Part shown: positions 52,401 through 63,088 of the stretch, piece after piece
Position numbering within the stretch: position 1 is the first letter of the stretch
How the letters are laid out: each line of letters opens with the position of its first letter
Assembly: GCA_963725865.1 (NCBI GenBank)
Contig: CAVSAC010000014.1
Location: forward strand, 256,001 to 320,000
Length of the DNA: 64,000 nt
Direction of reading: 5' to 3'
Source: Candidatus Eiseniibacteriota bacterium
GTDB taxonomy: Bacteria > Eisenbacteria > RBG-16-71-46
Translations under genes and position numbers: made by a program
The notes under the pieces: generated by a model
Seen by the model: only the letters and a program-made list of their open reading frames with translations
Database searches by the model: none
Told to the model about the DNA's origin: nothing

Positions 52401-53683
52401 AACGTGTCGGGACGCGTGTAGTAGCGAAGCCCCGAGACCCAGGTGATGGGATCGGTCAGCGTGTCGGGCGGGAAGCTGTTGTACTCCTGGGGGTCCCCGC
52501 TGTCGTGCTCGTAGTGCGTGGTCAGCGGGTACGACGGCAGCGGCGTCAGCCCGGTGGCGCCGCGCCAGCCGGCGCGCGTGGCCACGCGCAGGCCCGCCCG
52601 CCCGATCACGCGGGTCGCGTACACGTAGTCCGCGTCGCCCCACTGGCGCTGCCACATCGACGGGCGCGCGCGCGCGAGCCAGGTCTGCGCGTACACGTAG
52701 ATCGCGTCGCCCGAGTCGAACACTCCGTTCGTGTTGGAGTCGACGACCTCGCACGGGATCTCGACCGTGGCGTAGGGCGGCGTCGAGTTCTCGAGGAACT
52801 CGTGGCGGTGAACGCTCACCTCGGCGACCGGCACGCCGGTCGGGAAGCCGTGCGCCTCGAGGTCGTCCTCGAGCAGCCCGAGCACGCCGGTGGTGTCCAC
52901 CTTCACGCGCACCTCGGGCTGGTCCTCGTCGAACCCGAACGCTGCAGCGCCCTGCGCGCCGGCGCGCGGCGCGAGCCGCATGGCCGGCTGCGCGGGCGTC
53001 GCGGGACTGCGGAAACGGCGGCTCTGCTCCGGATTCAGCAGCCCACGCTCGAGCGTCGCGTCGGACGTTCCCTCGCCGATCGCCAGCGGTCGCAGCGCGG
53101 TGCCCGGGCTGGAGCTGAACGTCACGCGCACGGTGAGCGAGCGCCGTACCCACAGTCGCCCGGTCGCCTCGTCGTAGCGGAACGGCATCACGCGCACCGC
53201 GACCATGCGCTGGTGGCGCACCGTGAACGGCTCGCCCAGCTCGATCTGGGCGACGGGCCACGGGCCGTCCAGCACCGGGGGCACGTCCTCGATGGTCGGC
53301 TGCAGGCCGAGGCCGATCGAGCCGCTGCCCTCCCAGCCGGGACGCCCGGCGAGCGTGAGCGCCACGTTGTCCCGTGTGTCCTCGTCACCCATCGCCACCA
53401 CCGAGGCGCTCGCGCGCGCGCCAGGCGGCAGCGCGATGAGCGTGCTGGTCGCGGGCAGGAACGCCCGTCCGGGCTCGCTGAGCCCGTCGAAGCCCGGCGC
53501 CACCAGCTTCATGCGGTGCGTGAGCGAGTCGGGATCCAGCCGCCACTGCGGGACGTCGACGCGGAAGGTCACGCCGTGGTCGTCTGCGCTCACGAGCCGA
53601 GGGCTCTGGGCGCGCGCGGCGGAGGCGACGAGGGCGAGGGCGAGAGCGGCGAGCGGGACGAGCGAACGAGTCGAAAGGGGCAT
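49432..53683 (-). CDS. C25-family (gingipain/PorU-like) cysteine peptidase with propeptide and FlgD/T9SS-like C-terminal domain; frameshift ~50375
   Basis: Signal peptide; propeptide (EPGRAFLP, VRVMPFRYD); DYLLVIP, YVTLMGD, SDSWYG, VGRLPV; His motif YHGHAN; Cys motif FSCHANAF; YELLGDP. The second frame gives FPNPF..WDGRDAEGDKLANGVYFYRL. Confidence 0.85.
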
Positions 53684-53883
53684 AGGAGTCCTGCAGTCTA
53701 GGGAGGGCTCACGAACGGGGTCAAGGAGCGCCGTTCGCGTATGGATCATCGGGTCTCGGAGCGCGGGCGCCGTGCCTGCCGGAGGTCCGGCCCGTTCCCG
53801 GTCGCGCCCCGGCCGCGGGCCTCGTCACGTCTCTGCTAGAATGCCGCGCCGCGATTCCCGTGCGCCCACCGGAGGCACCTCCC

Positions 53884-55276
53884 ATGCGACTCCCGAGCTT
53901 CGCCACGATGTCGCTCGTGGCGATCGTGGTCGCGCTCGCGACCCTCGCCGACGCGCCTCGGAGCGCGGCCGCTCTCCACGGAGCCGCGCGCCCCGACGCA
54001 CGCCGCGGCGGGCCGATGCCGGACAGCGTTCTGGCCTGGATCGGGGCCCGCCGCGAGGTGTCTCTCGCCGCATTCCAAGAAGCCTGGAGGCTGGTCGCTC
54101 CTCCTGCGCGACCTGACTCTCTGACCCCGGAGGGAGCCCGGCGGTTCCTGGATCTCCTGACCGGCAAGGAGGCGCTGGCGGAGCTGGCGCTCCAGGAACC
54201 ACCGGCCTGGACGGCCGAGGACAGCGCCCGCTATCAGGGGCTGCGGGACCAGCTGGTGCTGCGGACCATGCTCGACTCGGCGCTCACCGCGGCCCGGGCG
54301 CGGATGCGGGCGGCCGGGGACACCGCCGACGACGCCCAGACGGCAGGCGTGGCGGCCCGTGAGGACCTGCTGGCACGCCTGCGGCCGCGCTGGGAGGAGG
54401 AATCCCTCGAGCGCCTCGCGGCGGCGTTCCGGGCCCTGCCCAAGCCGACTGCGGACTCCGGCGTGATGGCCCAGATCCACATGCTCAGCCGGCTGCCACA
54501 CCTGTCGTCCTCGGACAGCGCGAGCGTGCTCGCCCACACCGCCGACGGCCCGTTCCGCGGCGCCGACCTGCTGGCGTGGTGGGCGCGCCTCGACCCGCTG
54601 AGCCGCCCGCGCGTATCCGAGGCGTCGCAGGTGCGCGACCTGGTGGCGAATGGTCTGTTCGAGACCACGCTGCGGCGCGAGGCCGAGCGCCGCGGCGTCG
54701 CGGAGCGCCCCGCGATCGCCGCCCCGCTGGCGCGCCAGCGCGAGTTCATCGCGGTGCAGCACCGGGTGGCGCGCGAGGTGTACGCGCGGATCGCCGCCGA
54801 TTCGGCCACGCTGCGGCGCCACTACGACGCGCACGTCGCCGACTTCGGGCTGCCGCTGCGGGCGCGCATCCTGCGCCTCGTGCTCGCCGACCGTTCCAGC
54901 GCCACCGAGCTGGCCCTGCGCCTGCGCGACGAGGCGCAGGCCGAGAGCCTGGTGGCGCGTGCCGCCCGCCAGCGTGTGCGGTACGACGAGGACCTGACGG
55001 CGGCGCGCGATTCGGTGCTGTTCGCGCGAGCGATGCACGCCGGGCCCCGGCACGGTGCTGGGCCCCGACTCGGTGAGCGGCGGCTGGCAGGTGGTGCGGG
55101 TCCGCGCGGTGGTGCCGGCGCGCCCGCGCACGTTCGAGGAGGCGCGGACGTTCGTCGAGAACGACTGGTACGGCCGCGAGGGCGAGCGCCTCATGCAGGA
55201 CCTGCTCGAGCGCAGCCGTCGCGCGGTGAAGGTGCGCGTGAACGAGCGTGCGCTCGCACGTTTGACTTCGCCTTGA
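53884..55276 (+). CDS. SurA/PrsA-like periplasmic chaperone (degenerate parvulin); frameshift ~55046
   Basis: RBS GGAGG; signal peptide; FLDLLTGKEAL, LRRHYDAH..F; C-terminal VLGPDSVSGGWQVVRV..RTFEEAR in the second frame. Confidence 0.6.
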
Positions 55277-55396
55277 CGGAAGGCGGTCGCGGGACGGACG
55301 CGCCGGCGGGCGGGACCTTGACGCCCTTCGCGCGCGCTCCGTAAACTTCTCCGGTCGCGTTCCGCTCCCCCATCCCCCGCCTGTCCCGGAGACTCC

Positions 55397-57212
55397 ATGT
55401 TCGCTCGGCTGCTGCGCGCTTCGCTCGGACTCTCGCTCGCCCTCGCCTGCTGCGCTGGCCTCGCCGCCGCGGCGACGCCGAAGGCACCGAACGGGCCAGC
55501 GACGCCGCGTCCGAAGCCCGCCGCCGCCGCGCCGGCACTGCCGACGATGCCCGCGCCGTCCCGCGCGTATCCTGGCCGACACCGTCTCGCTCGCACACGT
55601 GGGCGACCGGATCACGCGAGTGAGTGACTTCATCCGCGGCTGGCAGAACGCGTGGGCGCCCGACATGCCGCCGCCCGACAGCGCGGGCCGGGTGGAGTTC
55701 CTCAACACGATCGTGAGCAAGGAGCTGATGGCGCTGGAGGCGGCGCGCCTGAAGATCCCGCTGGCCTTCGAGGACCGGCTGGAGCTGCGCGAGTACCAGC
55801 AGCGGCTGCTCGCCAACGTCCTGTTCCGGCGCGCGATCGCCGAGTCGGTCTTCATCACGAACGAAGAAGTCGAGGCGCACGTCCCCGAGTTCAAGTTCGC
55901 CGTCCATGCGCGTCACATCCTGTTCGCCGACGACGCGACCGCGGAGCGGGTGCGGGCGGACCTGGTCGCCAAGCGCATCACCTGGGACGGAGGCCGCGCG
56001 GCGCTACAGCCGGGACGATTCCACGCGGTCGATCGGGGGCGACATGGGCTGGATCCTGCGCGGGAACGCCTCCCCCGTGATCGCGATGGACATCTGGCCG
56101 CTGGCGCCCGGCGTGGTCTCGCCGGTGTTCCACGACGACGACGGCCCCCACGTCGCCCAGGTGATCGAGCGCCGGCCGGGCCCCGCGATCGATCCCAAGT
56201 CGACGCGCGCCCTGATCCGCAGCGGCCTCCTGCAGTACCGCACGGCGAAGCGGCTGGGCGCGCTCCAGTCGCAGGTGCGGCAGCGCATCCACCTGGTCTA
56301 CGACGAGGCCGCGATCGAATGGGCCTCGCGCTACTTCAGCGCCACCTACGAGTACGGGCAGGGCGCTCACGGCGGCACCGAGCTCCACGTTCAACGACGT
56401 GATGCCCGACTTCCAGTCCTCCGACACCGCGCGCGTGCTGGCGCGCTCCGATCAGGGCACGCTGACCCTCGGACGCTTCCTGAATCTCTACTCCCATATC
56501 TCCGTGATGGCGCGGCCCACCGTCAACACGCCGGGGCTGTTCCAGCGCGCGATCGACCTGTTCCTGCTCGAACCGGCGATGGCGGACGAGGCGCTGGCGC
56601 GCGGACTCGACAGCGATGCCGTCGTGATCCGCAACCTGGGCATCAAGCGGGAGCAGCTGCTGGTCGAGCACCTGTACCAGGATTCGGTGGGCACCCACGC
56701 CTGGGCCCAGCCCGACGAGCGCAGGAAGTTCTACGAGGCGCACCTCACGGCCTACTTCACGTTCCCCAAGGTGGAGTACGCCATCTTCGCGTACCACCCC
56801 GAGCGGAAGGCGGCGGCGGAGACGCTCGCGACGCACCTGCGCGCGGGCGAGGATGCGTCGCACATCCTCGCGGATTCGCTCTACGGATTCCGGAGCGGCT
56901 CGATCCAGACCCGCCGGCAGAACGAGGAGACCGTATTCAAGAAGCTGCTGTTCGAGGAGCTGCGTCCGGGGGACAGTCACCGTGGAGGGCCCCGGCAAGG
57001 ACGGCACGTGGTTCGTGATCCAGATGCGCAGCTACGATCCGGGCCGCCAGCTCTCCTACGAGGAGGCCGCCCAGTACGTGGACGACGACATCCAGAAGAT
57101 CCGCGGCGAGGAACTGCTGGCCGCGTTCGTCGAGCGGCTCAAGCAGCGCTACCCGTGGTGGAGCCGCCCCGAGCTGGTGATGGGGATCGACCTCGAGGAG
57201 AAGTTCTATTGA
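55397..57212 (+). CDS. PpiC/parvulin-type PPIase (PrsA/SurA-like, two domains); about 4 frameshifts
   Basis: Successive frames: signal peptide; FLNTIVSKELM..VHARHILF; ARRYSRD..GGDMGW..VSPVF; YQDSV..KFYEAH..F; WFVIQM..LSYEEA..FVERLKQRY. Confidence 0.72.
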
Positions 57213-57228
57213 GCCCGGCGCCCGGCGC

Positions 57229-57971
57229 TCATCGCCCGAGCGGCGGAGTCCACGTGCGAACGCGCGATTCGCTCCACGCCGCGCATGCCCGCTCGACCGG
57301 AGCGTGCAGTCCCACGAAGCGCTCGCCTCGCACCAATAGGGGCTCGTAGCCGATCGCCAGCGCGAGCGTGCCCGAGATCCATTCGGCGCACAGCGCCTGC
57401 CGGCAGGCCGGGTCCCGCGCCGGCGGCCGCCGCACGTGCACCTCGGCGAGCACGTAGGTCTGCCCCGCGCGGATCGGCCCCGCTGAGACGTTGGGCTCGC
57501 CGAAGAGCATGCGCACCCGCACGCCGTCGGGCACTCGATCCACTCGAGAGCGCCCGATTCCCTGGGCCGGGAACGGGCTCGCGGCTCCCGGCATCGAGTC
57601 GGGTGCGAACCGCACTTCGAAGTGCCTCAGCTCGCCGCTCGGCAGCGGCGACGCCCAGAATGCCGCGAGGCTCTCGCTCGGCGCCGGGCGGAAGCGGACT
57701 TCGCCGGTGAATCCGATTCAGCGTCGGCGAGTCCTGTCCGGGGACCATGCAGATGAAGAGGGTGTCCGAGCGGCTCGTGTCGCCGCAGGCGCTCGTCAGG
57801 GAAGTCGTCGCGCGCGGCTGCCCGGGCGGGGCGTTCCAGGACAGCAGCACGCGCGCTCCGGTGGTGTCCGGCGGGAACGCCGCGGGTGCGCGCTCGACTC
57901 CGATCAGCAGCGACCGCGCCGATCAGGCGTCCATCGCGCGTTGAATCGGAAGCGTCCGCGAGCGGCATCAT
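57229..57971 (-). CDS. Divergent member of the secreted Cys-rich family (array gene A), frameshifted, degenerate tail
   Basis: Joined frames: LLSWNAP..ACGDT..DTLFIC..LAAFW..VRVRM..AGQTYVLA..ACRQALC; ends RVRTWTPPLGR. Start uncertain. Confidence 0.5.
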
Positions 57972-58741
57972 CGGTAGCGCACCTTGAGATCGCCCCAGGT
58001 GCGATGCGGGCGGGGACGGCGAGGCAGTCGGCGCCGACGCCGCCCTGCCAGGTGGCGTAGTTGTCCGGCGTGCCCGCGACGTTCGAGATCATCACGTCGA
58101 GCGCTCCGGGCAGGCGTCGCAGCAGGATCGAGTTCAGCACCAGGCACGCCGGACATCGCACCCGGCGCAGGCGATGCGGTCGCTGCTCAACGTCACCTGG
58201 ACCGCGTCGTAGACCACCCCCGCGTCGAGCGCTCGCGCCTGGATCGAGGGCAGCGAGATCGACGATCCGGAATCGCACCTGGGAGGACTGTCCGCGCGGC
58301 TCGCCCGGGAGCTGACCTGCTGCACCAGCGCGCTCGCCAGACCGCCCCAGGGGTCGGCGCAGATGCCCGGGCCGGAGAACGCCGTGATGAGCGGGCCACC
58401 GCTGCACCCGCCGAGATCGAACCGCCAGTAGGCCGGCAGCGGCGTCGCGGCGCTCTGCACGTCGAGGTCCAGCTCCGCGCCGATCACGCTGTCGACCGGG
58501 GTCGCGAGCATGAACGAGCACACGAGCGAGCGTCGAGCGCCGAGTGAGGTGCACGGGAACTGCATGTCGGATTCGCCGCCGGCGGCCGGCACGTGTCCCA
58601 GCCCAGCATGAGGTGGTCGTCGGCGCTCGCCGCGCAGACGGCCGGGGCAGCGATCATCAACAGCGCGACCAGCGCCAAAACGGCGCGAGGCGCCCACGCG
58701 GGTGCGGGGCGCCTCGAGGATGCCGTGTGCGAGTTCAGCAC
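57968..58741 (-). CDS. Secreted Cys-rich WGxxKxxYR protein (array gene B), frameshifted
   Basis: Signal peptide; LMLGWDTC, LVCSF, LPAYWRFDLGGC, CADPW, CAGC, ATWQGG..C; ends TWGDLKVRYR. Confidence 0.65.
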
Positions 58742-59524
58742 TAACGGTAGAGACTCTTGATCTGACCCCACGTCTTCGTGCGGGTCGGGACGGTGACGCA
58801 GTCCGCGCCCGGCGGGGTTGCCCGTGATCACCGCGGAGCGGCGGTCGGGATCGGTGTACACCGGGTCGCCGACGCCTGCCGGCTGGTTGAGCTTCACGTG
58901 CTTGAGCATGATGCAGGCCTGCTGATCGCAGCCCAGCGCAGCGAGCCGGCGCCCGTCGACTTGGCCTTGTTGAACGCGATCGAGAACAGGAAGATCTCGT
59001 CGCTCGTGGCGGCGGCGTCGCAAGCTGAGCAGCCGCGAAGTCCACCGCCGACAGCGTGCGGATGCGGACGCGGTTCGCGTCGATCGGGCCGTGCGGGTCG
59101 CCGACGCCGGCGTCCGGGCCGATCTGGTACGAGTTGCTGCCCACGATCGAGCTCACGCTACCGAAGTAGTCGATGCAGGCGAGAACGCGCCACCGGAGTA
59201 GCTGACGGTCACCGCGTTGCCCGCGCGGCAGAAGCCCGTGCCGAACTTCCACCACTCGGGCACCGGGGTCTGGAACGCGATCTCGACGTTGCTCTCTTCG
59301 GCCACCAGCGTGGTGAGCGGCGCGCTGGCATCGATCATGACCGAGAGCGACCGCGGTGAACGCGTTGCCCGTGTTGACGGCGCAGGTCCACGTGACGTAG
59401 TTGGGACCACCACAGTCCGTGAAGGCGATCTTGCAGACCGGTGAAGGTCTGCGCCGACGACATCCATCGCCGTGACCGTGAGCGCGACAGCCAGGACGAC
59501 GAACGCGAGAAGCAGTCGCTTCAT
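58741..59524 (-). CDS. Secreted Cys-rich WGxxKxxYR protein (array gene C), frameshifted
   Basis: RBS GGAGG; MKRLLLAF; FTDCGG..TWTCAVNTG, VPEWWKFGTGFCRA, CIDYFG, ANRVRIRT; ends TKTWGQIKSLYR (TAG at 58741). Confidence 0.72.
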
Positions 59525-59790
59525 GATTCCGACCTCCCTTTCCATGGGTGACGGTGTGCGAGCTCGAGCCTGCAGGCCGGAGGGGTGGCACAGATGACCA
59601 CGCGAGGCGTAGAACTCCCGCCCGGTCCCGTGATTCCGGCTGCATCCTAGCGCGTCATCGGCCGGGCGCAAGCGAAAACCGAGCGTTTGTTGAGTGCGGT
59701 TCACAGCGTCGCGCGTGGCCAACTCGACGTCCACTCGGAGCCCTCCGCTCGACGTTCGTCCTTGCAGCGACTTAGGCCGCGAGGGCGAAG

Positions 59791-60540
59791 TCACCGATAC
59801 AGCGCTTTCACCTGCCCCCAGCTGCTGCGAGTGGTGGGGACGGAACTGCACTCGGCCTCGGGCGCGTACTGGACCGCGCCACAGCCGAAGACTTGGCGGC
59901 TGCCGACGACGAGGTCGGGAAGCCCCGAGGCCTGGTGCAGCGTCACCCGCGCGAGCCGCATCCATGCCATCGCGGTGCATCCTGCGCAGGCGCCGGCGCC
60001 GGTCGATGCGGCCTTGCTGAACCCCACCGAGAACATGAAGTGCTCCTCGCCCGCCGTCGGCTGCGCCGTCTGCAACGCGGCGAGGACGTCCACTGCGGAG
60101 ATCGTGCGGATGCGAACGTGATTCGCATCGATCGGTCCGGCGGGATCGCCGACCGCGGGATCCGGGCCGGGCTGGTACGAGTAGCTCCCGATCACCGGCC
60201 CCACGCTCCCGAAGTAGTCGAGGCACGCGAAGTTCCGCCCGTCGAAGCCGACGAGGATGGCGCTCGCGGGTCGGCAGTATCCCGTGCCGATCTTCCACCA
60301 TTCCGGCACAGTGGTCGGGAACCAGATGTCGAGCAGGCCTTCTTCGCTCACGAGCGTCGTGATGCCCGCTGGGCATACCACCGAGCAGACGACGGTGAAG
60401 GCGCGTCCGCTGTTCGAGGTGCAGGTCCAGGTCGCGGTCGTCGCGCCACCGCAGTCACCGAACGTGAGATTCAGGCCCTGCGCATGGACCGGAGCCGAGG
60501 AGAGCAACAGCAGTGCACCGAAGAGTAGGGCTCTCTTCAT
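59791..60540 (-). CDS. Secreted Cys-rich WGxxKxxYR protein (array gene D), intact 249 aa
   Basis: MKRALLFGALLLLSSAPVHA|QGLNLTFGDC, VPEWWKIGTGYCR, CAGC; ends RSSWGQVKALYR. Confidence 0.82.
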   Translation of the reverse strand: MKRALLFGALLLLSSAPVHAQGLNLTFGDCGGATTATWTCTSNSGRAFTVVCSVVCPAGITTLVSEEGLLDIWFPTTVPEWWKIGTGYCRPASAILVGFDGRNFACLDYFGSVGPVIGSYSYQPGPDPAVGDPAGPIDANHVRIRTISAVDVLAALQTAQPTAGEEHFMFSVGFSKAASTGAGACAGCTAMAWMRLARVTLHQASGLPDLVVGSRQVFGCGAVQYAPEAECSSVPTTRSSWGQVKALYR

Positions 60541-60599
60541 GGGTCCGCCATGGACCTGCGACCGGACCGGGGGATCTGCGACGTCCGATCACGAGCGAG

Positions 60600-60642
60600 G
60601 AGTCGCGCGAGGCGACCGGGCAGCCGGCCGCCTCGCGGACTC
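60600..60642 (-). terminator. Stem-loop after array gene E
   Basis: gagtc-gcgcgaggcg-accgg..ccgg-ccgcctcgcg-gactc, an imperfect inverted repeat directly after the stop at 60653. Confidence 0.45.
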
Positions 60643-60652
60643 TCGAATCGTG

Positions 60653-61419
60653 CTACCGGTACAGCGACTTCAACTGCCCCCAGCTGCTGCGGCCCGTCGC
60701 GACCGTCAGGCAATGATCGGGAGTCGCGCCCTGGACCAGGCCACAGGAGGACATGCGCGGGTTGGAGATCACAGGATCGCCGATGCCGGCGGGCTGGTTC
60801 AGCTTGACCTGCTTGAAGCGCGATCGCGGCCGGCGAGGTGCAGCCAGCCGCACGCGCCCGTGCCCACCGTCTTGGACTTGTTGCAGCGAGATCGTGAACA
60901 GGAAGATCTCGTCGCCAGCCGGCCGGCGGCGTCGCGAGTCTGCGCGGCCGCGAAGTCCACCGCCGAGATGGTGCGGATGCGGACGCGGTTCGCGTCGATC
61001 GGGCCGTTCGGGTCGCCGACGGCGGCGTCCGGACCGATCTGGTAGGAGTTGCTGCCCACGACGGAACTGACGCCGCCGAAGTAGTCGAGGCACGCGAACG
61101 CGCCGACCGGAGAAGCCGACGGCGACGGCGTTCGAGGCGCGGCAGAAGCCGGTACCGAGCCTTCCACCAGTCGGGCACCGCGGTCGGGAACGTCGACTTG
61201 GACGACGCCTTCCTCGGCGACCAGGGTGCGTGAGGCCGGCCGGGCACACCACCGAGCAGACCGCCGTGAACGTGGCGCCGCTGTTCGTGGTGCAGGTCCA
61301 GGTAGGCGTGCGTCGAGCCAGCGCAGTCACCGAACGTCAGATTCAGACCGCCCTGCGCGTGGGCGGTCGACGCCGTCATCACGAGCAGAGCGACCACAAG
61401 TGAGAACGAGCTTCTTCAT
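60653..61419 (-). CDS. Secreted Cys-rich WGxxKxxYR protein (array gene E), frameshifted
   Basis: RBS GGAGG; MKKLVL..STAHA|QGGLNLTFGDC; ANRVRIRTISAVDFAAAQ; ends RSSWGQLKSLYR. Confidence 0.72.
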
Positions 61420-61490
61420 CGGAACCTCCGGGGGACATGCGACCGGATCGGGGGATCCAAGCGATTCCGATTCGCTCAGTGCGACAGGAA

Positions 61491-61519
61491 CGGGGTGGCC
61501 GGCAGAGCCAGCCACCCCG
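61491..61519 (-). terminator. Intrinsic terminator-like hairpin after array gene F
   Basis: Minus strand reads cggggtggctggc-tct-gccggccaccccg followed by ttcctgt. Confidence 0.55.
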
Positions 61520-61543
61520 AACCGTTGATTCTTGTCCTGAGAA

Positions 61544-62300
61544 CTAGCGGTACAGAGACTTCAGCTGGCCCCAGCTGCTGCGCGAGGTCGGGGTCGCGTG
61601 CGCGCACTCGGCCTCGGGAGCACCCTGCATCGAGCCACAGCCGAAGACGTCGCGGCTGCCGACGACCGGGTCGCCGACGCCAGCCGGCTGGTTCAGCTTG
61701 ACCTGCTTGAGCGCCATCCACGCCGGCGAGTCGCAGCCAGCGCAGGCACCGGTGCCCACCGTCTTCGTCTTGTTCACCGAGATCGAGAACAGGAAGATCT
61801 CGTCGCCACCGGCCGGCGGCGTCGCGAGCTGCGCGGCCGCGAAGTCCACCGCCGAGATGGTGCGGATGCGGACACGGTTCGCATCGATCGGAGCCGTTCG
61901 GGTCGCCGACGCCGGCGTCCGGACCGATCTGGTACGAGTTGCTGCCCACGACCGAGCTGACGCCACCGAAGTAGTCGATGCAGGAGAGCGCGCCGACCGA
62001 GTAGCCGACGGCGACGGCATTCCGGCGCGGCAGAAGCCGGTACCGAGCTTCCACCAGTCGGGCACTGCGGTCGGGAACGCGATCTCGACGACGCCTTCCT
62101 CGGCGACCAGGGTCGTGAGGCCGGCCGGGCACACGACCGAGCAGACCGCCGTGAACGCCGCGCCGCTGTTCGTGGTGCAGGTCCAGGTCGCCGTGGTCGC
62201 GCCACCGCAATCACCGAACGTCAGATTCAGAGCCCTGCGCATTCGCGACAGCAGCCGTCATGATCAGAATCGCGCCACAGAAGAGGATTACCTTCTTCAT
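61544..62300 (-). CDS. Secreted Cys-rich WGxxKxxYR protein (array gene F), frameshifted
   Basis: RBS GGAGG; MKKVILFCGAILIMTAAVANA|Q; LNLTFGDCGG, VPDWWKLGTGFCRA, CAGC; ends RSSWGQLKSLYR. Confidence 0.75.
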
Positions 62301-62439
62301 CGGAACCTCCAGGGGACGAACAACTAGACAGGGGGACGATGCATAGCCTGGTTGTCTGAACGGTCTAGTCTCGATCACCACCACCTTTCGAAGTCGATTG
62401 CCTATTTGGAGCCTGGGGACAGCCCTGTGAGAGTGCCGA

Positions 62440-63088
62440 CTACGGCGTGCAGAGCGGGGCCGCGCTGGTCGCCGAGCCACCGGAGAAGTAATCCGACGCG
62501 AGGAGCGACAGGTCGTTCGCACCGATGCGCGACGAGAAGTCGAGATCCGAACGGGCCGCCGGGTTCGCCGGCGAAGATAGTCGCCGGCGAGGATCGACAG
62601 GTCCGCCGCGCCGACGCCACCCGCGCCGTCGAGGTCGTACGCCGCGACCGTGCGGAAGCCCAGGAACACGCCGTCCGCGTAGATCTTGCCCTGCAGGAAG
62701 GTCGAGAACGAACCGGGTCGACGAGCGGCCGACGATGCGGAACGTCGCGACGCCCGAGCCGTCGGTCAGCGCGCGAACCGAGCGCGAGGCCGGCGTGCAG
62801 TCCACGAACGTCGGTACCGAACGGCTGGGTCGACTGGATCTTGATGTCCGGCGTGCAGCCCGACACGTCGATCACGACCGCGGAGTTCGCGATGAGGTTG
62901 TTGGCGAGGTCACGCACGGTGACGGTGAACTGACCGCTGGGATCGGCGACACCCGCCGGCGTTCCCACGAGCTTCACGCCAGCCGGCAGCGTCGAGTTCG
63001 TCGCACTCGGTACACTCGCAAATGCGGCACCAGCGAAGAGCAGGCCGCACACGGACAGAAGGATGGCCTTGCGAACCAAACCAGTCAT
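62440..63088 (-). CDS. Secreted protein with Ig-like domain and C-terminal dockerin/EF-hand-like pair; frameshifted
   Basis: RBS GGAGG; signal peptide ..AGAAFA|S; FTVTVRDLANN, TDGSGVATF; duplicated Ca-loops DLDGAGGVGAADLSILAGDY / DLDFSSRIGANDLSLLASDY. Confidence 0.65.

Noticed and set aside
48700..57000. Programmed ribosomal frameshifting in the C25 and PPIase genes
   Set aside because: The shifts are numerous and regionally clustered, and lack slippery heptamers; sequence error is the simpler explanation.
58741..62300. Diversity-generating retroelement or CRISPR-like repeats
   Set aside because: The repeats are whole paralogous genes. There is no reverse transcriptase, adenine-specific variation, spacer pattern or cas gene.
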